The notes: a model not told the origin generated them from the letters alone. 64,000 nt of DNA from Solirubrobacterales bacterium (GCA_021323175.1 JAJTCK010000002.1:467-64466); one strand, 5' to 3'. Shown: positions 30,416-41,146, numbered from the stretch's first letter. Translations and numbers: made by a program.

Positions 30416-30985
30416 TCAGTGTAGGGATAGCTGCGATCGAACGAGTTTCTCCAGTTCCGCGGCGGCCTCCTGCACATCGTCGTTCACCACCACGTGGGGG
30501 AAGTCGACCTGCGCCTCGAGCTCGACCTCCGCCCGGCGCAGCCGCTTCTCGATCTCCTCCTCCGAGTCCGTGGCGCGGGTGACCAGACGCTCCCGCAGCA
30601 CCCCCGGATCGGGCGGAGCGATGAAGATCTGGATGGCCTCGGGCATCGCCTGGCGGACCTGGCTCGCTCCCTGGACCTCGATCTCGAGCACGACCGACCG
30701 GCCCTGATCGAGGCGCTTGATCACCGCGGAGCGAAGCGTCCCGTAGCGGTTGCCGGAGTAGGTCGCGAACTCCAGGAAGTGGTCGCCGTCCACCCGGCGC
30801 TGGAATTCGTCCTCGGTGAGGAAGTGGTAATCGCGTCCGTCCTGCTCGCCGGCTCTGGGGTCCCGGGTGGTCGCCGAGACTGACAGCTCGAGCTCCGGGA
30901 CGGCCGCGAGCAGCCTCTTGATCAGCGTCCCCTTTCCGACCCCGGACGGGCCGGTGATCACGAACACCTTCCCCCGGTCGGACAC
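30416..30985 (-). CDS. gmk: Guanylate kinase
   Basis: ORF 30416..31129. ITGPSGVGKGTL..SATTRDPRAGEQDGRDYHF. Start set to GTG 30985 to avoid overlapping mihF; this start is uncertain. Confidence 0.88.
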   Translation of the reverse strand: MSDRGKVFVITGPSGVGKGTLIKRLLAAVPELELSVSATTRDPRAGEQDGRDYHFLTEDEFQRRVDGDHFLEFATYSGNRYGTLRSAVIKRLDQGRSVVLEIEVQGASQVRQAMPEAIQIFIAPPDPGVLRERLVTRATDSEEEIEKRLRRAEVELEAQVDFPHVVVNDDVQEAAAELEKLVRSQLSLH

Positions 30986-31047
30986 CCCGCGGACCCTAGC
31001 TAGAGGGGTGGAGCGAAACGCGCGGAGATCGCTGCGCCGCTGGCGCG

Positions 31048-31389
31048 CTACCTGCGCAAGAGCGCGACGAGCTCGGACCGCTGCCGCTCGGAGAGCCCGC
31101 CGATCGTCTTGCTCGGCGAGATGCGGCACTGGTTGAGGATCCGGTTCGTCTTGACCCGGCCGTACTTCGGGACCGCCATCAGCATGTCGATGACCTTGGC
31201 GGTGAGGACGTACTCGGGCGGGTCGAGGAGGAGGGTCTGGATCTTGACATTCTCGCCCTTCAGGTCCCGTTTCAGCTGAGCCCGCTTCGACCGGATGTCG
31301 TTGGCCCTCTTGAGTGCTTCCATCCTCTGGTCCGGTGACCTCTCCGGGGCTGCGTTAGCGGGGTTCGAGGACTGGACCGGGACCGACAT
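31048..31389 (-). CDS. mihF: Actinobacterial integration host factor mIHF
   Basis: ORF 31048..31389. ALKRANDIRSKRAQLKRDLK..VPKYGRVKTNRIL. Lies in the conserved mihF-gmk-rpoZ-coaBC order. Confidence 0.9.
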   Translation of the reverse strand: MSVPVQSSNPANAAPERSPDQRMEALKRANDIRSKRAQLKRDLKGENVKIQTLLLDPPEYVLTAKVIDMLMAVPKYGRVKTNRILNQCRISPSKTIGGLSERQRSELVALLRR

Positions 31390-31397
31390 TCGCGGGG

Positions 31398-31426
31398 AGT
31401 ATATGACCGCCCCCGGGGCGTGGAAA
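31398..31426 (-). promoter_or_regulatory. Candidate promoter giving a (near-)leaderless mihF mRNA
   Basis: Minus strand: TTTCCA (31426..31421), 17-nt spacer, TATACT (31403..31398). Only 8 nt separate the -10 box from the ATG. Confidence 0.35.
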
Positions 31427-31455
31427 GAGAACTGCGGCTTTTGCGAAGAAATCCT

Positions 31456-32331
31456 TCAGCCGCTGGACGACAGACCAAACCGGGCCGAGAGCTCCGACGC
31501 TATCCGCCGGCCGGCCGCCGGATCCCGGAAGCTCTCGGTGCCGACCGCCACCACCGCCGCGCCGGCCTCAAGCAGGTCGGCGGCGTCACCCCCGCTCGCA
31601 ACTCCCCCCATCCCGACGACGGCGATCGAGACCGCCGCGGCGACCTCGCTGACCTGGAGCAGGGCGATTGCGCGTACCGCGGGTCCGGACAGGCCTCCGC
31701 TGCCCCCACCCAGCCACGGGCCGGCACCGCCCGGGTCCATCGCCGTCGCCCGCAGCGTGTTGATCAGCGAGATTGCGTCGGCACCCCCCGACTCGGCCGC
31801 GATCGCCACCGGGACTGGGGGCGCATTCGGGGTGAGCTTCACGATCAGCGGCTTGTCGGTCAGCGGCCGCACCGCGTCCAGCAGCGACCGGGTCTCGTCC
31901 GGCGACTCTCCGACGATCGTCCCCGACTCCACGTTGGGGCAAGAGACGTTCAGCTCCAGGGCCGCGACCTCTTCGCGCTCGGCCACCCCGGAGACAAGCC
32001 GCCGGAACTGGTCATGGCTGGTCCCCATCACCGAGACGACCAGCGGAACCGGCAACTCCCCCAGCCGGGGCAGGTCCTCGGCGAGGAAGCCGTCCAATCC
32101 CTTGTTCGGAAGCCCGATGGAGTTGATCAGCCCCGACGGCGTCTCCCACAGGCGGGGCGGCGGGTTGCCCGAGCGCGGCTCCGGGGTGATCGTCTTCGAG
32201 ACGAACGCGGAGAAGGGGAACCGCTCGAGCAGCGCGTCGCCGAACGCCCTCTGCGCCGCGATCGCATCGAAGGTTCCAGACCCGTTCACCACGGGGTGGG
32301 CAAGCTCGATGCCGCACAGGTCGGTCGCCAT
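31456..32331 (-). CDS. pyrD: Dihydroorotate dehydrogenase, class 1B catalytic subunit
   Basis: ORF 31456..32493 trimmed to ATG 32331 ([28 protein letters not shown]). Start shares one base with the pyrK stop (TGATG). Confidence 0.92.
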   Translation of the reverse strand: MATDLCGIELAHPVVNGSGTFDAIAAQRAFGDALLERFPFSAFVSKTITPEPRSGNPPPRLWETPSGLINSIGLPNKGLDGFLAEDLPRLGELPVPLVVSVMGTSHDQFRRLVSGVAEREEVAALELNVSCPNVESGTIVGESPDETRSLLDAVRPLTDKPLIVKLTPNAPPVPVAIAAESGGADAISLINTLRATAMDPGGAGPWLGGGSGGLSGPAVRAIALLQVSEVAAAVSIAVVGMGGVASGGDAADLLEAGAAVVAVGTESFRDPAAGRRIASELSARFGLSSSG

Positions 32332-33221
32332 CAGTGCCCGCCGCCCGGTACCAGCGCGGTGGCGAGGTCCGCTCCCCTCACCACCGGCCCGTCCACGCAG
32401 AGCCGCATGTAGCCCCCCTCCGCCAGCGGGACCGCGCAGCCGAAGCACGCCCCGAACCCACAGGCCATCGGCGCCTCCATCGCGAGCTCGCACGCGACCC
32501 CGCGCTCAGCGCACAGCAGGCGCACCGCCTCCAGCATCGCCGGCGGCCCGCACGCGTAAACGACGGCCCCGTCGGCGTCGTCGCCTCGCAGCATCACTTC
32601 GAGCAACTCCGTCACGTAGCCGCGGTGGCCCTGGTGACCGTCCTCGCTTGCGACCTTCAACTCGCTGCACCTGAACAGATCCAGGCCGCCGGAGCGCTCG
32701 CGGTCGCGGAAGCCCAGCAACACCCGGGTCGGGACGCCCGCCGCGGCGAGGCGGCGACGCCAGAGGGCGAGCGGGGCGATCCCGATCCCTCCTCCGACGA
32801 GGATCGCGCCGTGCGCCCCGGGGACCGCCTCCCTTGGAACCCCGAACGGGCGCCCCAGGGGGCCATGGACCCATAGCCGCTCCCCCTCCTGCAGGGAGCA
32901 GAGCCGACCGGTCCCAGGCCCGACCCCCTGGACCAGGAAGTCCAACCGGACCCGATCGCCCTCGGGATCGCTGTCGGCGACCGAGAAGGCGCGGGCCAGA
33001 TAGGGCCTGCCGTCCTCGGCGGCCCAGCCCGACTCCGCGGCCAGCATGTAGAACTGGCCCGCGGCGGGATCGGGGCCTTCGGGGTCGACGGCAGAGAAGA
33101 TCCGGTAGCCGCCCGAGGCGATGTTGCGCGTGACCCGGCAAGCCCGACGCCCGAACGGCGCGAGCGGCCGCCCATCGTCCAGGGTGGGCCCCTGCTCGGC
33201 GATTCCGGGCTTCCCGCTCAC
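32331..33221 (-). CDS. pyrK: Dihydroorotate dehydrogenase electron-transfer subunit (FAD/2Fe-2S)
   Basis: ORF 32331..33221. C-terminal [19 protein letters not shown] cluster motif. Start overlaps the carB stop by 4 nt. Confidence 0.9.
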   Translation of the reverse strand: MSGKPGIAEQGPTLDDGRPLAPFGRRACRVTRNIASGGYRIFSAVDPEGPDPAAGQFYMLAAESGWAAEDGRPYLARAFSVADSDPEGDRVRLDFLVQGVGPGTGRLCSLQEGERLWVHGPLGRPFGVPREAVPGAHGAILVGGGIGIAPLALWRRRLAAAGVPTRVLLGFRDRERSGGLDLFRCSELKVASEDGHQGHRGYVTELLEVMLRGDDADGAVVYACGPPAMLEAVRLLCAERGVACELAMEAPMACGFGACFGCAVPLAEGGYMRLCVDGPVVRGADLATALVPGGGH

Positions 33222-36200
33222 GCCCCCGAGGCTCCGGAGGCCCGGGAGGACTCCGGCACGCGGGCGGCCGGCGGCGTCCCGTCGCCCGCGTGCAGCTCCT
33301 GGAGGGAGACCACCTCGGCCTCCCCGCTTCCCTGGGCGAAGATCGCCCGGGCGGCCGCCGAGGCTCCCGTCATCGTCGTGACGCAGGGGATCCCGTGCCG
33401 CACCGCCTCGGAGCGGATCTCGTATCCGTCACTGCGCGCGCCCGATCCGGTCGGCGTGTTGATCACCAGGTCCACCTGACCGGAGCGGATGCAGTCCACG
33501 ACGTTGGGCGAGCCCTCTCCGATCTTCTTGATCATCCGCACCGGCACCCCCATCCGCGAAATCGCCTGGGAGGTCCCCGAGGTCGCGATCACTTCGAACC
33601 CGAGGTCGTGGAACCTGGTCGCGAGCTGGGTGGCGGCCGGCTTGTCCGAGTCCGTGACGCTGATGAAGATGGTCCCCTCGCCCGGGAGCGATACGCCCGC
33701 CGCGGCCTGCGCCTTGCCGAATGCCGTCGGGAAGTCGGCGGCGATCCCCATGACCTCGCCGGTGCTGCGCATCTCCGGTCCCAGGACGGCGTCCGCGCCC
33801 GCGAATCGCGCGAACGGCAGGACCGCCTCCTTGACGCTGACGTGGTCCGGCGACTCGGTCGGCAGCTCCTGTTCGGACAGCCCCTCCCCCAGCATCAGGC
33901 GGCAGGCGATCTTCGCGAGGGGCGTCCCGATCGCCTTGCTGACGAACGGCACGGTCCGCGAGGCGCGCGGGTTCGCCTCGATCACGAAGAGGCGGCCGTC
34001 CGAGACGGCGTACTGAACGTTGATCAGTCCGATCACCCCGAGCTCGAGCGCGATCCGCCTGGTCGTCTCGCGGATTTCGTCCAGCATCTCCTCGCCCAGG
34101 CTCATCGGCGGGATCACGCAGGCGGAGTCGCCCGAGTGGACGCCGGCCTCCTCGACGTGCTGCATCACCGCCGCGACGTAGCAGTCCTCGCCATCGGCGA
34201 GCGCGTCCACGTCCACCTCGATTGCGTTCTCCAGAAACCTGTCGAGCAGCAGCGGGTGCTCCTGATCCGCCTTCACGTTGGCCTCGAGGTACGAAGACAG
34301 CCCCTCGCCCGAGTAGCAGATCTCCATCGCGCGGCCCCCGAGCACGTAGGAGGGGCGGACAAGGAGGGGGAAGCCGACGTCGCCGGCGATCGAGACCGCC
34401 TCGTCCGCCGAGAGCGCCGTGCCGTAGGGCGGATGCTCGATCTCGAGGCGCCTCAGCAGGGCGCCGAAGCGGCCGCGGTCCTCGGCCAGGTCGATCGCGT
34501 CGACCGGCGTGCCGAGCAGGCGCACGCCCGCCTCCTCCAGGGACCGCGCCAGCCGCAGGGGCGTCTGGCCGCCGAACTGCACGATCAGACCCTCGGGACT
34601 CTCCTGCGCGGCGACGGCGAGCACGTCCTCCGCGGTCAGCGGCTCGAAGTACAGACGGTCCGAAGTGTCGTAGTCGGTGGAGACGGTCTCCGGGTTGCAG
34701 TTCACCATCACCGCGTCGCGGCCGGACTCGCGGACGGTCATGGCGGCGTGGACGCAGCAGTAGTCGAACTCGATCCCCTGGCCGATCCGGTTCGGACCGG
34801 AGCCGAGGATCATCACCGACGCCCTGTCCCCCCTGTCAACTTCGCTGAAGGTTGCCGAGTCAGCCGCGCCTTCGCCCGACAGCCCCGGAGGCCAAGCGGA
34901 GGAGGTGTCGGCTGTTGGAGGCCGCTCATGGGCGGAGTAGAAGTAGGGCGTCCGGGCCTCGAACTCAGCCGCGCAGGTGTCCACGGCGCGGAAGCCTCGC
35001 TCCAGGCCGTCGGTCCCATCGCCCTCGGTGGCTAGCAGCCGCAGCTCGCGCAGGAACCAGGGATCGATGTTCGTCGCCGCCCTGACCTCCTCGAGCTCGA
35101 CTCCCCGCTCGAAGGCGGCCCCGATCAGGTCGAATCGGTCATCGGACGGGACCGCGAGCCGCTCCAGCAGCTCGCCCGTCGAGGCCGGGATCTCTGCGGC
35201 CTCATCGAGCTCCCGCGAGCGCATCGCCTTCGCGAACGACTCCCTGAAGGTCCGGCCGATGGACATCGCCTCGCCCACCGACTTCATGTGCGTGGTGAGC
35301 TGGCCTTCGGCCCCCGGGAACTTCTCGAAGGCGAAGCGCGGGACCTTGGTCACGACGTAGTCGATGGTCGGCTCGAACGAGGCCGGCGTCGCCTTGGTGA
35401 TGTCGTTGGGGATCTCCTCGAGGGCATAGCCGACCGCGAGCTTCGCGGCGATCTTCGCGATCGGGAATCCGGTTGCCTTCGAGGCGAGCGCCGAGGATCT
35501 GGACACACGCGGGTTCATCTCGATCACGACGATCTCGCCGCTTTCCGGGTTGACGGCGAACTGGACGTTCGAGCCACCCGTTTCGACGCCGACCGCCCGG
35601 ATCACACGGATCGCCTGGTCGCGCAGCTCCTGGTAGAGGGGGTCGGACAGCGTCTGCACCGGGGCGACGGTGACGGAATCGCCGGTGTGCACCCCCATCG
35701 GGTCCACGTTCTCGATCGAGCAGACGATCACCACGTTGTCATTGCGGTCCCGCATCACCTCCAGCTCGAACTCGCCCCAGCCGAGCACCGACTCCTCGAC
35801 GAGCACCTGGTTGATCGGACTCGCCGCGAGCCCCTCGCTGACCACCTGGCGCAGCTCAGTCTCGGTGTTGCCGACTCCTCCCCCCTGGCCGCCCAGGGTG
35901 AACGCCGGCCGCACGATCGCCGGCAGCGCGATCTCACCCGCCCCGATCGCCCGCTCGAGCTCCTCGATCGAACCGATGATCATCGACCACGGCACCCGCA
36001 GACCGGCCCCTTCCATCGTCCGGCGAAACGCCTCGCGGTCCTCGGCGCGATGGATCGCGTCGTAGTCGGCCCCGATCAGCTCGACCCCGAAGCGCTTGAG
36101 GGTGCCGTCGTCGTGCAGCGCCTTCGCAAGGTTCAGCGCGGTCTGCCCCCCGAGGGTCGGGAGCAGCGCGTCGGGGCGCTCCTTCTCGATCACCTGGGCG

Positions 36201-36421
36201 ACGGGGCCGGGCAGCAGGGGCTCGACGTAGGTCCGGTCGGCGAACTCGGGGTCGGTCATGATCGTCGCCGGGTTCGAGTTGACCAGGACCACCTCGTAGG
36301 CGTCGGCCAGCAGCACCTTGCAGGCCTGGACGCCCGAGTAGTCGAACTCCGCGGCCTGGCCGATCACGATCGGGCCGGATCCGAGCAGCAGGATCTTCCG
36401 GATGTCGTCGCGACGCGGCAT
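33218..36421 (-). CDS. carB: Carbamoyl-phosphate synthase large subunit
   Basis: ORF 33218..36676 trimmed to ATG 36421 ([30 protein letters not shown]). Two ATP-grasp halves and an MGS-like C-terminus. Confidence 0.97.
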   Translation of the reverse strand: MPRRDDIRKILLLGSGPIVIGQAAEFDYSGVQACKVLLADAYEVVLVNSNPATIMTDPEFADRTYVEPLLPGPVAQVIEKERPDALLPTLGGQTALNLAKALHDDGTLKRFGVELIGADYDAIHRAEDREAFRRTMEGAGLRVPWSMIIGSIEELERAIGAGEIALPAIVRPAFTLGGQGGGVGNTETELRQVVSEGLAASPINQVLVEESVLGWGEFELEVMRDRNDNVVIVCSIENVDPMGVHTGDSVTVAPVQTLSDPLYQELRDQAIRVIRAVGVETGGSNVQFAVNPESGEIVVIEMNPRVSRSSALASKATGFPIAKIAAKLAVGYALEEIPNDITKATPASFEPTIDYVVTKVPRFAFEKFPGAEGQLTTHMKSVGEAMSIGRTFRESFAKAMRSRELDEAAEIPASTGELLERLAVPSDDRFDLIGAAFERGVELEEVRAATNIDPWFLRELRLLATEGDGTDGLERGFRAVDTCAAEFEARTPYFYSAHERPPTADTSSAWPPGLSGEGAADSATFSEVDRGDRASVMILGSGPNRIGQGIEFDYCCVHAAMTVRESGRDAVMVNCNPETVSTDYDTSDRLYFEPLTAEDVLAVAAQESPEGLIVQFGGQTPLRLARSLEEAGVRLLGTPVDAIDLAEDRGRFGALLRRLEIEHPPYGTALSADEAVSIAGDVGFPLLVRPSYVLGGRAMEICYSGEGLSSYLEANVKADQEHPLLLDRFLENAIEVDVDALADGEDCYVAAVMQHVEEAGVHSGDSACVIPPMSLGEEMLDEIRETTRRIALELGVIGLINVQYAVSDGRLFVIEANPRASRTVPFVSKAIGTPLAKIACRLMLGEGLSEQELPTESPDHVSVKEAVLPFARFAGADAVLGPEMRSTGEVMGIAADFPTAFGKAQAAAGVSLPGEGTIFISVTDSDKPAATQLATRFHDLGFEVIATSGTSQAISRMGVPVRMIKKIGEGSPNVVDCIRSGQVDLVINTPTGSGARSDGYEIRSEAVRHGIPCVTTMTGASAAARAIFAQGSGEAEVVSLQELHAGDGTPPAARVPESSRASGASGA

Positions 36422-36549
36422 CAGCCCGTCTGCTCCGCCTGGAAGAACTCCGCGATCGCCTCCATGCCCTCCTGCGCATCCAGGCGGTTGACGACCTCGA
36501 GGTTCCGCGACCGCATGGACCCGCCGGCTCCGGTGGCCGCCGCCGTCAC
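36421..36549 (-). CDS. Candidate 42-codon micro-ORF between carA and carB
   Basis: Own translation: (V/M)[41 protein letters not shown]. The GTG overlaps the carA stop (GTGA) and its TGA overlaps the carB ATG (TGATG). 40 of 42 third positions are G/C, against 22 of 42 in the carB-frame extension. Too short for the ORF track. Confidence 0.55.
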   Translation of the reverse strand: MTAAATGAGGSMRSRNLEVVNRLDAQEGMEAIAEFFQAEQTG

Positions 36550-37658
36550 TTGGCCAGCTCCAGGAAGCGGTCGAACAGGTAGCGGGCGTCGTGCGGTCCC
36601 GGCCCGGCCTCCGGGTGGTACTGGACGGTGCAGCCCGGCACGTCCTTGAGGACCAGCCCCTCGACAGTGCGGTCATACAGGTTCAGGTGGGACAGCTCGG
36701 CATCGCCGAAGTCGGTGCTCCAGCGCACCGGCTCGTCGCCTTCGATCGTGCCCTCCCCCCCGGGCCCGCTGACGGCGAACCCGTGGTTCTGCGAGGTGAT
36801 GTCGATCCGGCCGGTGTCCAGGTCCTTGACCGGATGGTTGGCGCCCCTGTGGCCGAACGGCAGCTTGAACGTCTCCAGCCCGACCGCCCGGCAGAGGAGT
36901 TGGTGGCCCAGGCAGATGCCGATGACTGGCTTCTTGCCGACAACGTCTCGGACGGTGTCAACGACGTAGTCCAGTGCTCCGGGGTCCCCGGGGCCGTTGG
37001 CGAGGAAGACCAGGTCGGGGTCGCGCGCCATCACGTCCTCGGCGGACGCTTCGCAGGGCAGCAGGGTCAGGTGGCAGCCGCGCTCGCGCAGCTGGCGGAC
37101 GATGCTGAGCTTGATCCCGGTGTCGATGGCCACGATGTGCGGGCCGTCCCCATCGAACTCGATCGGCTCCGCCGGCGTGACGCTGCGGGCAAAATCGGCT
37201 CCCTCCATCGGCGGCTCGACGGCGATCGCATCGCTCGCCTCTTCGGGGCTGACCTCGGTGGAGAAGACACCGCCGCGCATCGCGCCGCGGTCTCGGATGT
37301 GGCGGACGAGGCGGCGCGTATCGATTCCGGTGATCGCCGGTACGCCGCAGTCCACGAGGCAGTCGAGCCAGCCACCCTCCGAGCTGGCGGCGTCGTCGTC
37401 GTTCTTGGCCTCGCGCATGATCACGCCACGGGCGTGGACGCGGTCCGACTCCATCGCCTGCTCCGAGACGCCGTAGTTGCCGATCATCGGGTAGGTGAAG
37501 GTGATGATCTGTCCGGCGTAGGAGGGATCGGTGACCGCCTCCTGGTATCCGGTCATCGAGGTGTTGAAGACGACCTCGCCGGTGGCCGAGCCGGGACCGC
37601 CGCAGAGCTCGCCGTCGAAGCGGGCCCCATCCTCGAGCAGGACGAAACCGGCGGCCAT
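36546..37658 (-). CDS. carA: Carbamoyl-phosphate synthase small (glutaminase) subunit
   Basis: ORF 36546..37928 trimmed to ATG 37658 ([33 protein letters not shown]). Start shares a base with the upstream stop. Confidence 0.95.
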   Translation of the reverse strand: MAAGFVLLEDGARFDGELCGGPGSATGEVVFNTSMTGYQEAVTDPSYAGQIITFTYPMIGNYGVSEQAMESDRVHARGVIMREAKNDDDAASSEGGWLDCLVDCGVPAITGIDTRRLVRHIRDRGAMRGGVFSTEVSPEEASDAIAVEPPMEGADFARSVTPAEPIEFDGDGPHIVAIDTGIKLSIVRQLRERGCHLTLLPCEASAEDVMARDPDLVFLANGPGDPGALDYVVDTVRDVVGKKPVIGICLGHQLLCRAVGLETFKLPFGHRGANHPVKDLDTGRIDITSQNHGFAVSGPGGEGTIEGDEPVRWSTDFGDAELSHLNLYDRTVEGLVLKDVPGCTVQYHPEAGPGPHDARYLFDRFLELAK

Positions 37659-38224
37659 CACGCGACCCCCTCGGGCGTCGGGGCGTATTCCAGGATCAGC
37701 TTCTGGACCGTCTTGAACTCGTCGGTGCCCGCCCGGCCGAGCAGTTCGAACAGCGCGGTCTCGACGCTGCTGACCACGGCTCCCGCCGCCTCCATCTTGT
37801 GGAGCCCGATCCGCTTCGAGTCGGGAAAGCGCGACGCGACGGCGTCCTCGACCACATGGACCTCGGTGCCGCCCGCGAGCAGGTCGAGGACGGTCTGATT
37901 GACGCAGACATGGGTCTCGATTCCGCACACGACCGCCTGATCGCGGCCGGCGAGGTCGAAGCCCTCGGCCTCGGCTGCCGAGAACACATTCTTCTCCAAG
38001 GGCTCGACGCCCTCGGGCAGGGTCTCAACCACCTCGGGGGCGGTCGTCCCCAGGCCCTTCGGGTACTGCTCTGTGATGAACACCGGCACCCCCATCGCCT
38101 CGGCACCTCGGACCAAGGTGGCGGTCGCCTTCGCCACTCGCTCGAAATCCGGCACCGCCTTGCGAAAGCCCTCCTGGACGTCGACGACGACGAGCGCGGA
38201 CCGCTCCCGGTCCAGCCGGGTCAC
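37658..38224 (-). CDS. Isochorismatase-family hydrolase embedded in the pyr operon
   Basis: ORF 37658..38368 trimmed to GTG 38224, which overlaps the pyrC stop (GTGA). ALVVVDVQEGF (Asp) and VCGIETHVCV (Cys) are consistent with the Asp-Lys-Cys triad. Confidence 0.8.
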   Translation of the reverse strand: MTRLDRERSALVVVDVQEGFRKAVPDFERVAKATATLVRGAEAMGVPVFITEQYPKGLGTTAPEVVETLPEGVEPLEKNVFSAAEAEGFDLAGRDQAVVCGIETHVCVNQTVLDLLAGGTEVHVVEDAVASRFPDSKRIGLHKMEAAGAVVSSVETALFELLGRAGTDEFKTVQKLILEYAPTPEGVA

Positions 38225-39588
38225 CCAGCAGCTCCGATCGCGAAGCTGCGCTGGCGGAAGGCGACCTGGCCGCCGGCCACGGTCATCATCACGCGGCCGG
38301 TCAGCGTGCGGCCGGCGAAGCAGGAGTTGGGCGAGCGGCTCTCGTAGCCGCCGGCGCCGACCTCCCACTCGTGCTCGAGGTCGATCAGCGCCATGTTCGC
38401 CGGCTCCCCGGGGGCGATCCGCGGAGCAGGGATGCCGAAGGACTCGCCGCCCTGGGTCATCCGGCGAACCAGCAGCTCCATGGAGATCACGCCGGGCAGG
38501 ACGAGGTCGGTGTGCAGGACCGCGAAAGCCTGCTCGAGCCCGGTCACGCCCATCGCTGCCTGCTCGAAGGGCACCTCCTTCTCCTCGGGGGCGTGGGGAG
38601 CGTGGTCGGTCGCGACGCAGTCGATCGTGCCCTCGCGCAGGCCCTCGATCAGCGCCTGGCGATCGTCCTCGGTGCGCAGCGGTGGGTTCATCTTGAACCG
38701 CGAGTCCAGGCTCCTGACCTCCTCGTCGGTGAGGGTCAGGTGGTGCGGGCTCGCCTCGCAGGTGACTTGGACCTCCGCCGCCTTGGCGCGAGCGATCTCC
38801 TCGACCGACGCGCGGGCGGACAGGTGCTGGATGTGGATCCTCGCTCTTTCATAAAGGGCGAGAGAGCAGTCGCGCGCGATCATCGTGGACTCTGACACCG
38901 CCGGCACCCCGGTGAGGCCCAGGACGGCGGAGACCTCGCCCTCGTGCATCACCCCGGCGGCCGAGAGCTCGGGGTCCTCCTCATGGAGCGCGATCACGCC
39001 GCCGGCGAGCCGCTGGTATTGCAGCGCCCGGCGCAGCACGCGCGCGCTGCGGATGGGAAGCCCGTCGTCGGAGAAACCGATCGCCCCCGCCTCGCGCAGC
39101 TCGGCCATCTCGGTCAGCTCCCGGCCGGCCATGCCCTGGGTCACGTTGGCGACGAACCCCACCGGCACCGACGCCTCGGTCAGCGCCTTGTCCCTGACCG
39201 AGCCCAGCACCGCCGCGGAGTCGACCGGCGGCTCTGTGTTCGCCATCGCGATCACCGCGCAATAGCCGCCGGCTGCGGCGGCCCGCGTGCCGGTCTCCAG
39301 GTCCTCCTCGTGCTCGTGACCGGGGACGCGGAAGTGCACGTGAGGGTCGACGAACGCGGGCGCCAGCATCATCCCCTCGGCCTCGACGACCTCCGCCCGC
39401 TCGGGCGCCTCGACCGACCCGCTCTCACCGATCTCCGCGACCTCTCCCGCGCGGACCAGGACGTCGCGGGTGGCGTCCAGGTCCGAGCGTGGGTCGAGCA
39501 CCCGAGCACCCCGGATCAGGACCTGCGCCGGATCGCCCGGGCGGTGCAGCAGCCAGGAGGGGCCGTTCTGCGGGGCAGGGGCCGTCAT
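38221..39588 (-). CDS. pyrC: Dihydroorotase
   Basis: ORF 38221..39588. FVDPHVHFRVPG and ATDHAPH motifs. Start overlaps the pyrB stop. Confidence 0.93.
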   Translation of the reverse strand: MTAPAPQNGPSWLLHRPGDPAQVLIRGARVLDPRSDLDATRDVLVRAGEVAEIGESGSVEAPERAEVVEAEGMMLAPAFVDPHVHFRVPGHEHEEDLETGTRAAAAGGYCAVIAMANTEPPVDSAAVLGSVRDKALTEASVPVGFVANVTQGMAGRELTEMAELREAGAIGFSDDGLPIRSARVLRRALQYQRLAGGVIALHEEDPELSAAGVMHEGEVSAVLGLTGVPAVSESTMIARDCSLALYERARIHIQHLSARASVEEIARAKAAEVQVTCEASPHHLTLTDEEVRSLDSRFKMNPPLRTEDDRQALIEGLREGTIDCVATDHAPHAPEEKEVPFEQAAMGVTGLEQAFAVLHTDLVLPGVISMELLVRRMTQGGESFGIPAPRIAPGEPANMALIDLEHEWEVGAGGYESRSPNSCFAGRTLTGRVMMTVAGGQVAFRQRSFAIGAAG

Positions 39589-40550
39589 GCCGGTTGCCCG
39601 ATCCTTGGTGGTGCGTCCGCGGACATGGGGCCGCCCTTAGGCCTGGCGCGGTCGCTCCCGGTCAGCAGCTCGTAGAGGATCGCCATGCGAACGACCAGCC
39701 CGCTCTCGACCTGTTCTGTGATCAGGGACTGGGAGGAGTCGATCACCTCGGGGGCCAGCTCGACTCCTCGGTTGACGGGCCCGGGGTGCATCAGCAGCTG
39801 GCGCGGCCCCAGCCGGCGGGAGTCGATCTGGTAGCGCGCCGCGTACTCGCGCAGGGAGGGCACGAAGCTCTCGCTCATGCGCTCATGCTGCATCCGCAGC
39901 GCGTAGACCACGTCCGCCTCGGCCAGGCCGTCGAGGTCGTAGGTGACATTCGCGCCCGTCGCCTCGGCGATCCCGCGCGGGATCAGCGTCGGCGGGCCGC
40001 AGAGGGTGACGTGGGCGCCCATTAGGCCGAAGGCCATCAGGCAGGAGCGTGCGACCCGGCTGTGCAGCACGTCGCCGACGATCCAGATCCTGGTGCCTTC
40101 GAGCGACCCGAGCCGGCGGCGGAGGGTGAAGACGTCCAGCAGCGCCTGGCTCGGATGCTCGTGCTTGCCGTCTCCGGCGTTGATGACCGAGGCATCCGTC
40201 CACCCGGCCACGAGGTGCGCGGCGCCCGCCTGTGGCGCCCGGATGATTATCGCCGCGGGGTCATAGGCGGTGAGCGTCGCGATCGTGTCCTTCAGGCTCT
40301 CGCCCTTGTCCACCGCCGATCCCGCGGCCTTGATGCTGACCACGTCGGCGGAAAGGCGCTTGGCGGCGAGCTCGAATGAGGAGCTGGTGCGGGTGCTCGA
40401 CTCGTAGAAGAGGCTGACGATCGTGCGGCCGCGCAGGGTCGGCACCTTCTTGATGTCGCGGCGTCCGACCTCGGCGAAGCTCTCGGCGCGGTCGAGCAGC
40501 CTCTCGGCCTGCTCGCGGGTGAGGTTCTCGACTCCCAGCAGGTGCTTCAT
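39585..40550 (-). CDS. pyrB: Aspartate carbamoyltransferase catalytic subunit
   Basis: ORF 39585..40550. FYESSTRTSSSFE, HPSQAL and HPGPVNRG motifs. Confidence 0.96.
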   Translation of the reverse strand: MKHLLGVENLTREQAERLLDRAESFAEVGRRDIKKVPTLRGRTIVSLFYESSTRTSSSFELAAKRLSADVVSIKAAGSAVDKGESLKDTIATLTAYDPAAIIIRAPQAGAAHLVAGWTDASVINAGDGKHEHPSQALLDVFTLRRRLGSLEGTRIWIVGDVLHSRVARSCLMAFGLMGAHVTLCGPPTLIPRGIAEATGANVTYDLDGLAEADVVYALRMQHERMSESFVPSLREYAARYQIDSRRLGPRQLLMHPGPVNRGVELAPEVIDSSQSLITEQVESGLVVRMAILYELLTGSDRARPKGGPMSADAPPRIGQPA

Positions 40551-41140
40551 CGTTCCTCCTCGCTCTCGGCGCCCGCGGACGCGGCCGGCGACGCCTCGGC
40601 GGGCGCCGGGACGATCGCCACCTCGTCGGCGCCGTCCACCTCCTCGAGCCGGACGTTCACTCGCTCACCGGGTGCGGTCGGCAGGTTCTTGCCGACGTAG
40701 TCCGGCCGGATCGGAAGCTCGCGGTGGCCCCGGTCCACGAGGACCGCGAGCTGCACCCTGGAAGGGCGCCCGTAGTCGAAGAGGGCGTCGATTCCGGCGC
40801 GGACGGTGCGCCCCGTGTAGAGCACGTCGTCCACGAGGATCACGGTCCGCCCGTCCAGGTCGAAATCCAGGTGCGACGCGTGGACCACTGGCGCCTGCAG
40901 CGGCTCGCGGCGCTCCAGGTCGTCCCGGTAGAAGGAGATGTCGATGTCGCCCAGGGGGACCTGGGAGCCGCCCAGCTCGCCTACAAGTGCGTGCAGCCGC
41001 TCCGACAGCACAGCGCCGCGAGTATGGATGCCGACGAGGGCGACCTGGTCGGCGCCGGGGTTCTTCTCGACGATCTCGTGGGCAATGCGCACAAGCGCCT
41101 TGCGCAGATCGTCGTGGCTGAGCACGACCTTGTCGTCCAT
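40547..41140 (-). CDS. pyrR: PyrR bifunctional pyr operon regulator / uracil phosphoribosyltransferase
   Basis: ORF 40547..41161 trimmed to ATG 41140 (MDDKVVLSHDDL..VILVDDVLYTGRT). AAGGAG RBS. Confidence 0.92.
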   Translation of the reverse strand: MDDKVVLSHDDLRKALVRIAHEIVEKNPGADQVALVGIHTRGAVLSERLHALVGELGGSQVPLGDIDISFYRDDLERREPLQAPVVHASHLDFDLDGRTVILVDDVLYTGRTVRAGIDALFDYGRPSRVQLAVLVDRGHRELPIRPDYVGKNLPTAPGERVNVRLEEVDGADEVAIVPAPAEASPAASAGAESEEER

Positions 41141-41146
41141 TCCGCT

